This document shows positions 1 to 11,504 of a DNA stretch of 43,842 nucleotides, one piece after another. The notes beneath the pieces were generated by a model. It had not been told where the DNA came from and made no database searches. It saw only the letters and a list, made by a program, of their open reading frames with translations. This DNA comes from Folioceros fuciformis (lineage: Eukaryota), in contig JBNGIO010004854.1 in assembly GCA_049999805.1 (NCBI GenBank), forward strand, positions 1 through 43,842, read 5' to 3'. The position numbers and the translations under genes are program-made. Each line of letters opens with the position of its first letter. Positions within the stretch are counted from its first letter, which is position 1.

Positions 1-103
1 TAGGACGTTCGCCTAGAATGCACCAGCGCCCAGCCCGAACGGACTTACAAAGGACAGTGATAGCCCGCAGCTGCCCTCCTCGGGTTTCCCCATCCTCCCT
101 TCC

Positions 104-2690
104 CTAAACTTCCAAAAAATCGGTAGGCGACATGACTTGGAACGACTTCAACGCCTCTTTGCCATCAGCTCTTGCAAGCCAGACCACTCTATCTAAATCT
201 ATTGCATCCTCCTGTTTGTCGTCCTCCGAGTCGACTCCCCTGCTATCCATGGAATACGCATACCACCCTTCCTCGCCTCTGGTAAGTGGCTGCCTTAAAA
301 TCTGTTGCACCTGTTCCTCTAGCCCCTCATGCAGCCACAAAAAAATGAGCTTGACATGCTGAGCACCAACGCCAAATTCCCCTTTGACCTCCTCTACCTC
401 TTTCCAGCGGGAAGCGAATCTATTCCATAAATGCCCAAGTTGGAAAACGCCCCTCCGACACGCCAACCCGAAGATTTGGGACCGATATACCCTTGATCTG
501 AAATCCTGAACCCACGGCCTCGAGAATCCCTGCAAAGGAATCCCAAGAACATCATCCGCATGAGAGAAGTTACCCGGGATAATATATCATTTAACCTCCA
601 GATAACTGCTCCAGATGGACTTGAAAAGCGGGGAGCAATCTGCAGTATCAAGAAGCGGTTTGTCAGCCAGAATGTTGTCTATAGANNNNNNNNNNNNNNN
701 NNNNNNNNNNNNNNNNNNNNNNNNNNNNNNNNNNNNNNNNNNNNNNNNNNNNNNNNNNNNNNNNNNNNNNNNNNNNNNNNNNNNNGTGTTAGAAGACTCT
801 TCCAAGGATAGTACGCCGGATCTACTGCCCTGACAACCCATTGAGCATGCAAAACTTTCATCTTGGCTACCGGGTCCACCACCGCAAGACCCCCCAAACC
901 CCGCACCTGAATAATATGCTGCCAAGCCACCTTAGAGCAACCAGCCATATTATCCCCCGAACGCTTCCACAGGAAAGAGGTCAGCACCTCTGTCTTAGAA
1001 GGGGCCCACAAAAACAGATAATACCATAAGGAGGCGGTAAGGATATGATTAATCACCACCAGCCTACCTGCCCGGTTGAGTTCCAGCAACTGCGGACTAG
1101 CCGCTTTGCGAATGAATATGAGAAGCACATACTTCCTAATCTCCCCGTTCTCATCCTCCTCTTCGAAAGGAAGCCCCAAATACTTGTGTGTAGAACCCAG
1201 GGTCACTCGCCTAATGTGATTAATACACTGGGGATGCTCCCACTCCAAATGAAGACACATCATACGCGTCTTACCCCAATTCACCTTACAGCCCGACAAC
1301 TCCCCAAAGACCTTGACCTATTGGAGCAGCACTTTCAATGAAGCCTCCTCTGCTGAGGAAAAGAGGAGGGTATCATCTACGAACGCTGAGACCCTTAGCT
1401 GCATTCCATCTAGGTTTTGAATGCCCACCACTGCCGGGTCTTGCTTGACTGCTCTGAGAAAGAAGTTAGTGACAATAATAAATAAGAACGGGGCAAGGGG
1501 GCAACCCTGACGTACCGACCGAGAGATGCCAAAGCGCTCCGTAAAGGATCCATTAACATCCACCTTGGCTCCAGCATCTTTGCACAAGATGGCTATCCAT
1601 CTGCAGAAATTATTCCCGAACCTGAAACTACGAAGGCATCGCCATAGGAAATGCCACTCAACATAATCATAAGCCTTGTAAAAGTCAAGGGAAATGAAAA
1701 TGGCGGCTTGGTTTTGTACTTGAGTGTTGTACTTAGCTTCCCTAAGGAGTAGGAGGTTGTCCAGGATGCACCTATTTTGAATGAATCCTCGCTGCTCTTT
1801 CTCAATCCAATCATCAAGAAATGGAGTAATTCGGTTAGCCATTACCTTAGCAATCACCTTGTATGTGGTAGTAAGCAAGGTAATCGGGTGCCAGTTAGAG
1901 ATTGATAAACTAGTGCCTTGCTTAGGGAGGAGGGAGATAACCCCCATATTGAACCAGCTCCCCATGCTACCTTCCTCCCAAAACATACTGATGGCCTCCA
2001 TGAATAACAGCTGCATAAATTCCCAACTCCAAAGTAGGAACTCCGGAGCGATACCATCATGTCCCGGAGATTTATCCCTCGGCATCCCCTTCAGGGCCTA
2101 CAGCACCTCGTCAGCACTTATCGGCCTAACCAGAGCACTATGCTGGTCCTCGGACACTTTAGCCGACAGCGCACCGTAAGAAGAAGCCCAAAGTTGTTCC
2201 CACCTTGCCACCTTCCCAACACTGGAGAAAATGCCAACAAAGAAGAGGGTAATAAGAGTCTTTAGACCTGCAAGCGATTCTTGCACCACGCCACGCGTGT
2301 CTGGAAGGGCAGGAATGCGCGTCTTATGTTGGTTAGCGGCCACCTTATCAAAGAAGAATTTAGAGGGGCCATCCCCCTCCCTCACCCACTTAACTTTGGC
2401 CCTCTTAAACCAACCCCTAGCCCTGTCTTCTTCCAACTTGGCCAAGGCGCACTGTACCTCTATTTTCCAAGTCCCTTTCGCACTTGTGAAACCCGGCCCT
2501 CACCGCTCCTTTGTAGCCAACACAATTCCTCCCTCAAAAAACATTCTTGCAGGCGTTGTTCTCTTGCTCGTTGAACCCCTCGCCTCCTCAAATACATAGT
2601 AGCCTCAGTGTTAGCACACATCAATTTGATCGCCGCATTTCCTTCCCCCTGTTCACCTCCTTGCCAAATGCCTGACGGACGCGATCCTGG
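104..2690 (-). mobile_element. Degenerate non-LTR (L1/Tx1-type LINE) ORF2: post-endonuclease linker, reverse transcriptase and downstream region; continues towards or off the left edge
   Basis: Consecutive minus ORFs carry W..RAKVKW..EGD..SKFF, KSPGHDG, NWHPITLLTTTYKVIAKVMANR, QRGFIQNRCILDN, SLDFYKAYD, RSVRQGCPLAPFLF, FVDDT (FADD-like), KYLGLP and GLGGLAV; broken by stops, frameshifts and an N gap. Confidence 0.93.
686..785. other. Assembly gap (100 N)
   Basis: Run of N. Confidence 1.
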
Positions 2691-3740
2691 ACAGCCGGCC
2701 ATGGCTGCCTAAACCCTACGTCGCCCGGCTGTTGCTCTTAGGCTGCCCCTTGCGCCTTCTGCCAGTCGGTCCAACGACCAAGCAGGGACCCCAGCCGGGA
2801 TTCGATCCTACCCACCTGCTTGCGACCGGCCCAGGCTGGGCTACTTGGCTAAGCTCCTCAGTCGGCCGTCACCAGTCAGTAGCCCCCCTACCATCCTACC
2901 CGCATGCCTGGCCCCCCCTCCTGACCAGCACGACCAGCCGCCATGGCCAGGCCACCTGCCCAGCCAGCTTGAATTCGGTTGGCCGCCAGCTTGCTTAGGC
3001 CCTGCAGCCAGGCCGCTGCCTGGCTTCCCAATCCGGCCCCAACCTGCTGCGTCCTGATCTGCCCCTATAGCTGGCCTGCGGCCGCCTGACCTGAGCCTCA
3101 CCTGCCAGCCAGCACGGCATGGATCTGCTCGAGGCCCGCCTGGCTTGGATCCAGCGCCGCCTCTGGGCTGCTTGGTTCAGATCTACCTCTGCCGATCGAT
3201 CCGACTACTAGCAGGCCTGGATCGCCTGACCCCGCTTAGCCTGGATCGCCTGACCCCGCCTAGCCTGGATCGCCTGACCCCGCCTAGCCTGGATTCCGAC
3301 AGCCTTTAGGCTGTTGGGTCACCAACCAGCAACTACTAGGCAGTGCCGGATCCGCCTGCAGGTTTACCTTCCAGCCAGCTTGATCATCTAGCCAGCCGGG
3401 GCAAATCCAGCGCCGTCCACCTGCCTCCAGCCCGAATAGTCACTGCCAGACCGCATGCTAGCCAACCGGCAAGCCGGCTGGTCCCGCTGCGCTCCGGGCT
3501 GCCTGGCTCCAGGATCGGCCAGCCACAGCCAGCTTGGCTCACTGCCGCTACACGGCTGCCTGGCTCTTTCGTCCTTAGAGGCCGCAACCCGGCCTCTGGC
3601 CTTCCGGATCTAGCCAAGCAGCCCGCCTGCCGATCCAACCCGCCGCCTATCCTTCGTCGAGACCAGCCGACCAGTGCCTTGGTCCCACCGTGAACCCATC
3701 CTAGTCCATTCCTTCAAGCCAAGCGGCCTACTTGCCAGAT
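2690..3740. repeat. GC-rich, C-skewed degenerate repeat tract abutting LINE coding fragments
   Basis: Recurrent CCAGCC/GGCC/GGATCC words; local reverse-complement matches to 4511-5400; boundaries approximate. Confidence 0.7.
3215..3294 (+). repeat. 24-bp tandem repeat, about 3.3 copies (GCCTGGATCGCCTGACCCCGCYTA)
   Basis: Units start at 3215, 3239, 3263 and 3287 (partial). Confidence 0.95.
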
Positions 3741-3741
3741 T

Positions 3742-4510
3742 GGGAGGCTGGTCGAAAACGGCGTCGAAGTGTAGAAGACTTAAGACTCTTCTTGAAGAGG
3801 ACTTCACTTGGGATGTGGTGTGCTTGCAAGAGCATAAACTATCTCTGGAACACATCCAGAAAGTAAAGAAAATCTTCCTTCTTGGTAGAACCGAATGGGC
3901 AGCAGTTAGAGTAGAGGATACAAGTGGTGGACTCATCTCTTCTCAACGAGTGTCGGCGGCCCTCAGAGGAGTATCCATTACAGTTCACCCAGATCAAACT
4001 CATAATATCCTAGAATCGGGGCAAGATGAGGATGGGAGGTTTGTGTGGTTGGTGCTTCAAACTTCTCAAGGTCCGGTGGGTATTTGTAATATTTACGCTC
4101 CTAATAATGCCAGTGACAGGAATACCCTTTGGTGTAGGCTGGGAGATCAGCTTGATGAGCAGATTCCGTGGATGTTGGTTGGCGACTTCAACTTTGTTGA
4201 ACGCCGCGAGGATATTCGGGGGGTTAGCCCAATTGATATCCGGGCGGTGCCTTTGGCTTGGCTAGAGCTGAGAGACACGGTCTTGGCGGTGCAGGATCCA
4301 TGGGTGGCCCTCCCAGCGCATTGCCAACCACAGTCCTTGTTGTTCAGCTGGTCAAACCAACAACAACAGAACTTGGGTGCGCGCAGGTTGGATAGGTTTT
4401 ATTTACCTTTAGGGTGGTTGGCCTTCATACAGTCGTACAGTATTCTCGCTGGTACAATCCTCTCTGATCACCACCCAATTAGTCTACATTTGAGGCTTGC
4501 TACTAAGTTG
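3742..4510 (+). mobile_element. LINE APE-like endonuclease domain, N-terminally truncated and inverted relative to the RT
   Basis: ORF 3674..4612 has DVVCLQEHK, DEDGRFV, ICNIYAPN, WMLVGDFN, RRLDRFY and SDHHPISL, the EEP-superfamily motifs of LINE ORF2; the first WNVRG-like motif is missing. Confidence 0.92.
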
Positions 4511-5400
4511 GAGCGGCTGACTAGAGGCTCCAGACGGCCGGGGCCAGATCCAAAAGCCAGGCAGCGGCCAGACTGCAAGCTCCTAAGCAGGCTGTCGGCC
4601 AGTCGGATCTAGGCGGACAGGTTGGTTGATCGGACTGGCGGCCTGCCTGGGCAAATCGGCCACCCGGAGTGTAGGAGGCTTGGCTAGGCGCCCGGGCTGG
4701 CTATGGTTGGTCACAGCTGCAGGCAAGCAGTCCGGCCCAGCTGTAGACAAGCAGCCTGGTACCGGCTAGGCGAGCACTGTCGGCCGGGCGGGACGCCGGA
4801 GGCAGGCTGTTGGCAGGGCGCTCTGGGCATGGCAAGCTAGGGCCGAATTTGTAAGTCGGGCGGTGGGCTGGCTGCAAGAGCCCGAGTAGGGGTCGGCAGT
4901 GCGGGATGGCGGGATCCAAGCAGCCAGGCAGGCTGGCCTGGATTGTGGTGGGCAAGCGACCTGGTTGCTAGGCAGCCGGGGGCCGGATCGGGAAGCCGGC
5001 AGGTGGCTCAGTAGCCGCCGGATTCAGTAGGCCAGGCGGGCGGCTGCCAGGGTCGAAGGCAGGGCACTCCAGGCTGAGGTAAACAGGCGGCAGGAGCTGG
5101 ATCGAGGGCTGTTGTGGAGGGGTCAGCTAGGCCGGCTGGTTGGCCGAGCCATGGCGGCGGGGTGGAGCACGGTCTGGCCGGATCCTGGCGGCTTGGCTGT
5201 TTGCCCAGGCGGGTCTGGACAGCCAGGCCTGGCGGGTCGGGGTCCAACCCGACTGTAGTCCCGGGGGCCAGCATGTAGGCAGGCGGGGCTGATCGGGTGC
5301 CAAGCTTGTTGGCTAGTTGGCCGGCCAAATCGGCAGAAGGAAGGCAAGCTATGACGACCGGCTGGCTGGCAGTGGCAGCCACGGGGCAAGCACAGGTCGA
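4511..5400. repeat. GC-rich, G-skewed degenerate repeat tract; inverted relative of 2690-3740
   Basis: Reverse complements of about 4540-4600, 4975-5008 and 5135-5160 resemble 2980-3040, 3010-3040 and 2937-2960. Confidence 0.7.
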
Positions 5401-5910
5401 CTGCTCGATCCAAAACCAGGTGATAGCGAAGGCGTTTGTCAATGATAGCGCTGTAGGGAGGTGTCGAATTGAGGGCAAGTGGACAAGTGCGACTGGGGGG
5501 CTGGTGTTCCATGTTTCGTTGCTGAAGGCATTTGTGCAGGATGGAATGCTGGGGGCCCGAGTTCCAGAACCTGCTGGGGTTGGAAGGGGGAGGATGGATT
5601 GGGCAATTGGCAGAAGATTCATGCGAAGGAACAATGGTTATGTGGGGCGTGGAACAGTCAACCTTGGCAGATCCCAATGCACTCGAGAGCTCTGCAACGC
5701 AACCCCTGCACTGATTGGGGCCTAAGCAACGCACCCCTCCTACGAGCAGCCAGCAGGCGGAAGGTCTGAATACAGACTTGTTGCTCGCAGGCGGGGAGCC
5801 AAATGGTGGAATGTCACTTTCAGGTCCCAGGCCCTTTAAGGGCACCAGACCAGCAGCGTAGGGGCTGAACGAACCTGAAGAGGTGGAGGCTCTGAAGGGT
5901 TGCAGGATGC

Positions 5911-5987
5911 TATGAAGGGAAGGGATGGAATGATCTGAGAGAAGAAGGGTATGAAGGGAAGGGATGGAATGATCTGAGAGAAGAAGG
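5911..5987 (+). repeat. Tandem duplication with a 39-bp period (TATGAAGGGAAGGGATGGAATGATCTGAGAGAAGAAGG x2)
   Basis: Two identical copies at 5911 and 5950. Confidence 0.95.
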
Positions 5988-6849
5988 AGAGTGTTGAGAC
6001 GCACTAACCATTTTGGTAGTCTTGAGAGGTTGGTCAATTTTGGTAAGGGGTTTAGGGCACCTAGTGGTATCCAAGGGACACAACCCCTATTAGGTTAGAG
6101 ATAGGTTTAGGTCAGAGTTAGGGGCGGCTTAGCACAAAGAGAGATTGCTGGGCGGGTGACTAAGGCTAACCCTAGTAGACAGAGATGGAGGTTTGGGCCA
6201 AGGTAGTATAAGAGGCTAGATCTGTTATTGACGAGGGGGTCTACCGTGTGATTTCCCTTGACCTTGTGTGCAAACTCCCGGCCTAGAGACTGAGCCGGTT
6301 GAGATAGAACCAAGGGCTTGATTCCCCTTGCCACTAGGGGGACGTGGTGGATCCCAAGACTGCCGAGATCCATGTGGCCGGATCCGCAATGGCTGAATAT
6401 TTTGCATGCTGGCTGAGGTGAAGTGATAGGGCCTTGAGCCAGGAGGGCTATCTAGTCCTAGTTCCCACACCTGTGCTTGGAGATTGCAAGAAGCGAGGCT
6501 GTTGTGTCCTAAATTCCAAGGCTGAGCTGAATCAAAGTGAGGAAGTGTTGGAGTGAAGTGTGAGCTGCTGGAGTGCAGGAGTGTGAGCTGAAGTGAAGGG
6601 TGGATGACTGAAGTGGAGAAGTGACGGGCTGAAGTGGAGATCATGAAGGGCTGAAGGATTGAAGTGCTGGAGCGTGAGATTTGTGGATTGAGTTGAAGAT
6701 AGGCTAGGATTCTGACCCTTTTCCTGGAGAGCGGTCAGGCCTAGAGACCGGCTGATACGTAGAAGTGAGTGTAGGCAATTGTAGGTATCCTTAGCACTAG
6801 TTTACTGCCTTGGGAGCGAATCATAAGGCTGCAACGACAATAAGGGAAA

Positions 6850-7701
6850 GTGTGGCCCTTTGGTGGTTCTTGGGTACAAGAATCCACTCCACACAGAGGA
6901 AGAGGGCGTGGACGTCAAGGTTTTGGTAGAGGCAGAGGACAAGCGTCCAGGCCTGATCCCAACTCCAGTTCACAGCAGCTCGTGAAGAAACTTGGTGTGT
7001 GCACCTACTGCCACAAGCCAGGGCACAGGGCAAGAGAGTGCAGAATCAAGTAAAGAGATGATGCTTGAAAAGGAAAAGAACACGAAACAAATGTGACAAT
7101 GGCAACCACACCTGGTCTACTTGTGGCTTGTCTCTCCTCTATCACAAATAGTAAAAATCAATGGCTCTTAGATAGTGGGGCTTCTAACCATATGTGTTCT
7201 TCTAAAAAGTCTTTTCTGAACTACAGAGAGGCTCCAAGTGAGCATGCTGTTGTTCTTGGAGATAATTCTCACATTCCTATTAGAGGGATAGGAACTGTTG
7301 TCATTACTCTGCAAAATGGCAAAACTTAGGAGTTAGAAAACGTGTTGCATGTTCTAGCACTGAAGAAGAATCTCGTGAGCACTATGGCTTTAGGAAAGAC
7401 AGGCCTGTACAAAATTTTGTTTGAAGGTCTAGAGTGTGTTATAACGAGAGTAAATGCACCCACAGATGTCATTGCTAGATGCACCCTTTTATATGACCTG
7501 TATATACTTGATTTCGTCTCTTATGTTCCTCCACAGTCTGCACAATTAATGGAGAAAGCTGTTAGTAAGCCTGAACTAGTGTTTAAGTGGCACTATAGGT
7601 TGGGACATCCAAACATTCAAGCTATGAGACGTTTGCTCAGAGAAAAGATGGTCACAGGTTTCTTTGAGTCTGACTTACCAGATCTGGATCTCTGTGTTGC
7701 T
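6850..7701 (+). mobile_element. Ty1/Copia fragment A: gag zinc knuckle, protease, GAG-pre-integrase; cut off by an LTR insertion
   Basis: RG-rich tract, CTYCHKPGHRAREC, WLLDSGASNHM, KKNLVS, WHYRLGHPN...CVAC; internal stops. Confidence 0.92.
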
Positions 7702-8281
7702 TGTTGTGGAACGGAAAAGTTTGGTAATCGGTCTAGGAAAGTCTAACTTGGTTTCTTCTTATTCAGAGTAATTCGAAGGGAGGCAAGTGGAAGGTAGGTT
7801 TATGGGCAAGTACCCATAGTAGGTAGTGAGCAGCTAGTGAAGGTGTTTATGGAGTTTTTTTTAGTTCTACAGGCGATGTGATGGCACACAACCGGCAACG
7901 AGATTCCTATGCTCTACTGAGCATGATAACTCGCCATGAGAAGAGTGCAAAATGTGGTGGTTCATTTCTTTGTGTAGCCCCTCCTTATAGGAGAGATCGA
8001 CATATGAACCCTCTCCTACATGTAGGTGGTGGGCTATGCTTCTCTCACACTAGGCACCACCAACTTTAACTGCACACACCTACCAAGAGGCTAAGTCCTA
8101 CCAATAATTGCTAGGGCAGTGCGCGCGGATGAAGATGGTTAAACCGCCTAAACTGCTTAATTGTTTTGAATGTCTTAACTATATTTAATAACTGCTGAGG
8201 GTAATTATATAACCCTAAACTGAACCGTGCGCTAAACCTTTCTTACTCCGTTTTGTCGGCGCCGCCTTAGTAGTAACAACA
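7702..8281 (-). mobile_element. 3' LTR (580 bp) of minus-strand Copia element B
   Basis: Termini TGTTGT...ACAACA form a 6-bp inverted repeat; directly follows a PPT on the minus strand; interrupts element A at the CxxC of its integrase zinc motif. Confidence 0.88.
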
Positions 8282-8290
8282 CTCCCCCTC
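8282..8290 (-). promoter_or_regulatory. Polypurine tract of element B
   Basis: Minus strand reads GAGGGGGAG immediately before TGTTGT. Confidence 0.88.
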
Positions 8291-8646
8291 GCCGTAGACA
8301 AGGAGGGTGAGGGAAAGGATTCAGTCTCAGAAGAATGTCTTGCTTGGCACATGCTTGCGTGCAGCTCCTTCTGTGCGTTCTTTCTGGCTTGTGGTGGCTG
8401 CTTCAGCTTGCGAGTTGCATCATCCAGCTCATAAGCAAGGGAGTCGAGAGTCTCGAGCGGACTGGAGCCTCAAGACCCAAGTTGGCGAAGAAGCGGTGCA
8501 AAGATGGTGTTGTGACTGTTTGTGTGCGGAAGGATGCGAGCGTGAGTGCTGAGAGGTTCAGGACTGTGACTGGATTACCTCTGCCAGACGACTGATAATT
8601 GTTTGTCTGACAGTGCTGCTGTTGCGAGTGCTCCCCATGTCTTTGA

Positions 8647-10250
8647 CTATTCGGCTGCCTCGAGATAAGTCTCTTTCTTGAGTAGGCCGATACCTTGCAT
8701 GTGCTTAAGATGAAGTTGCTTTGTGAGTCCTTTCATCAAGAGGTCGGCTGTGTTCTCGGATGTGCTCACATACCTGAGCTTAACATGTTTGTTAGTCACC
8801 ACTTGTCGAATGAAGTGGTGCTGGATCTCCACATGCTTCGTTCTTGCATGCAGGATAGGGTTTAAGGTCATAGCGATTGCTGATTGATTGTCACACTGCA
8901 ACTCTGTTCCTGATCTTCGTGTATGTCGTGCAGGAACTGGTGGATCCAAAGTATTTCTTTTGCAGCAAGGGATGTGGCTGCGTACTCTGCCTCTGTTGGA
9001 TAGGCATACCGTCTGTATGTTCTTGCAAGCCCAGGAGACGGCGCTCATGTTTATCATCATATAGTATGCGGAGGTGGACTTGCGGGCGTCAAGGTCACCT
9101 GCCCAGTCGGCGTCTGAAAAAGAGGTCAATAGGCACTTCTGGGTACCTGAATCGCCTCTATATGCTATGCCCAATGATTTTTTTCCCTTCAGGTAACGTA
9201 GGATCCTCTTCACACAGGTCCAGTGCGCCATGTCAGGATTCGACAAGTACCTCGACGTCACGTTTACTGCTTGTGCGATATCTAGTCTCGTTTAGATAGA
9301 CAGGTAAAGCAGACTCCCTACAGCTTCACTGTAGGGCACATTTGCCATTTCTTCTGCCTGCTCGGGTGTTGTTGGACTGTTTAAGGCTGACACCTTTTGT
9401 CCTATGGCCATGGGAGTGGATACTGGCTTCGCATCTTGCAGGTTGAATCTAGTGAGGAGTTGCTCAACGTAGTGCTCCTGGTGTATGAAGAAGGAATGCT
9501 CATTTGTGTTCCTCTCGAACTGGACTCGTAGGGCATACCTTAGGGTGCCCATGTCAGCCACCTTATACTCGTTGGTGAGCAGGTTCTTAACATGCTGAAT
9601 CAGCTGTGGGTCAGTTCTGAAGATGAAATTATCATCCACGTACAAGGTAACAATAACGTACTTGTCTTTGTCCTTCCTTAGCACGTAGACACTTGAGTAA
9701 GCTGAGAGGGGTGTGAAGCCGCATTTCTTGAGGTATAGGTCAATTGTCTCATTCCAGACCTGCGCCAATTACTTGAGGCCGTAGAGTGATTTTCACAGCT
9801 TGCAGACTTTTCGATGGTCCTTGACAAATCCAGGCGGCTACAACATGTGTATCTCCTCGTGTAGGGTTCCGTACAGGAAAGTTGTTTTGATGTTGACTTG
9901 ATGGATGTCGAGTCTATGCTATGCAGCGAAGGCCAAGAGGATCCTTATAGATGTTGCCTTCACCACTGGACTGAAGAGCTTACTTTCTTCATAGTCGAAG
10001 CCTAGGATTTGTGTGAATCCACAGGCTACCATCCTTGCTTTGTGTCTTGAGACACTTCCGTCATGATTTAGCTTTCTTCGGAAGGTCCATTTCCAAGAGA
10101 TGGGCTTTCTGCCATGTGGTAAATCAGTAAGAATCCAAGTTTTATTGGAGATGAGTGAATCATACTCTGATTGCACTGCTGCCTTCCATTCAGGTATGCT
10201 GAGGGTTTCTTCAATTGTTGGGGGAACTCCCTACATCTCAATGGCTAAGT
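8647..10250 (-). mobile_element. Ty1/Copia element B reverse transcriptase and RNase H (pseudogenised)
   Basis: EWKAAVQSEYDSL, KARMVACGFTQ, KSLYGLK, LYVDDN, PYSEAVGSLLYL, FSDADWAGDLDARKST, CDNQSAI, HARTKHVEIQHHFIR, TADLLMKGL; several in-frame stops. Confidence 0.95.
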
Positions 10251-10529
10251 ATGCCATGTGCATGATGAGGTGTAGTTGATCCACTTGCGTCTAAGTGTCT
10301 GTAGGTGTAGGTTTTGCTGAAGGAGGAGTTCTGCCGATCAGCGTGTCTCCAGGTGTGTAAGGTAGATCCTTCCATTCTTCTATTGGTGGCCTGCTCCTTG
10401 AGGATCGCCTGAGGGTCTGTACATCCTGGGGAAGAGGCTGGGATGGAACTGAATGGGCTACAGGTTGGTAGGGAATTACCTCTAGTGCTTGCTACTTACC
10501 TATTCTGGTGCTAACATTTCAGACTTTAA

Positions 10530-10850
10530 AAGTCTTACAGAAGCAACCAAGGAGGTTGTGTGGACAGTAAGAGCATTGCGCAAGCTCGGCTTCGAACAGC
10601 AGCTCCCGATCACGCTATTCTGTGACAATCAGAGTGCGATAGCACTCACTATGAATCCCAGGTTTCACGCCCGCACCAAACATATCGAAATCCAGCATAG
10701 ATTCGTCCGAGAGATGGCCGCAGCAGGAATTATCCAGGTTGTCTATTGCCCAACTGAGAGAATGACAGCGGATATCTTGACCAAGGCCCTAGACGCGTAA
10801 AACACTATGAGCATGCAGCTGCGCTTGGCTTGAGATCCTCAGGGAAAAGC
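10530..10850 (+). mobile_element. Ty1/Copia element C, RNase H C-terminal fragment
   Basis: EATKEVVW, LFCDNQSAIAL, FHARTKHIEIQHRFVRE, MTADILTKAL. Confidence 0.92.
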
Positions 10851-11095
10851 TTGTGGTGGACAACCAGCTCCGATTCGGAGAGTAGCAAGCATGGCGATGA
10901 GCGGTGTGAGGATTGGCGGCGTCGCAAAGACTGAATGCCGAAGAACGGAGCCCGACGACGAAGTTTCTTTGTCTAGGGCAATGTTTATAGGTCTAGTTCA
11001 AGTTTCTTAAAAGGTTTTAGAAATTTCTAATCAAACAAACAAACAAATAGATAGATAATTAGTATAGAACTATAGCTACACTAACCATTCGACCT

Positions 11096-11475
11096 GAGTG
11101 GGAGTGATAGGGTATTAATTACCCTTAGTTAGGTTCAGGTCTAGGTTAGCTAACCCTAACCGTTATAACCGTCATGTCTCTTTCACGGGACATGTACGTG
11201 TAAGTGTCAGTTGCAAGATGCACGGCGCACTACGCGCGACCGATGCTTTCTCTATCGATTCTAGCATTCTACTTATCAGCCCCTGCATTCTTAGCACTAG
11301 ATTAAGAGATTCTGGAAAAACTCTAAACTTCTAAGTAATAATGCACCTAGAAGTCACTAGAGAATCTCGTCGAGATGCCTCGTAGATGTTCCAATCGTCC
11401 TCAGCGGGCTATTGAGAATTTCTATAATCAAAGAGATAAGCGTCAGCCTTATAGTGAAAGTTCAGATACCTATCA
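11096..11475 (+). mobile_element. PPT (11096-11104) and 3' LTR (11105-11475) of element C
   Basis: GAGTGGGAG followed by TGATAGG...CCTATCA, a 7-bp terminal inverted repeat. Confidence 0.8.
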
Positions 11476-11504
11476 GGAAGTGGCAGCCTACACACTCCCC
11501 CTTC
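11476..11504 (-). mobile_element. PPT and first 19 bp of the LTR of another minus-strand LTR element, apparently interrupted by element C
   Basis: Minus strand reads GAAGGGGGAG-TGTGTAGGC..., the same PPT/TG architecture as at 8282. Confidence 0.55.

Noticed and set aside
2732-3693. Several Pro/Ala/Gly-rich ORFs on both strands
   Set aside because: Expected by chance in a GC-rich repeat; no domain motifs
5008-6037. 208-aa and 304-aa minus-strand ORFs
   Set aside because: They cross compositional boundaries and tandem repeats, have low complexity and show no recognisable motifs
10489-10493. TTGCT matching the 5 bp before the LTR at 7702, as a possible target-site duplication
   Set aside because: No 5' LTR precedes it and the sequence after it does not resume element A's integrase; probably chance
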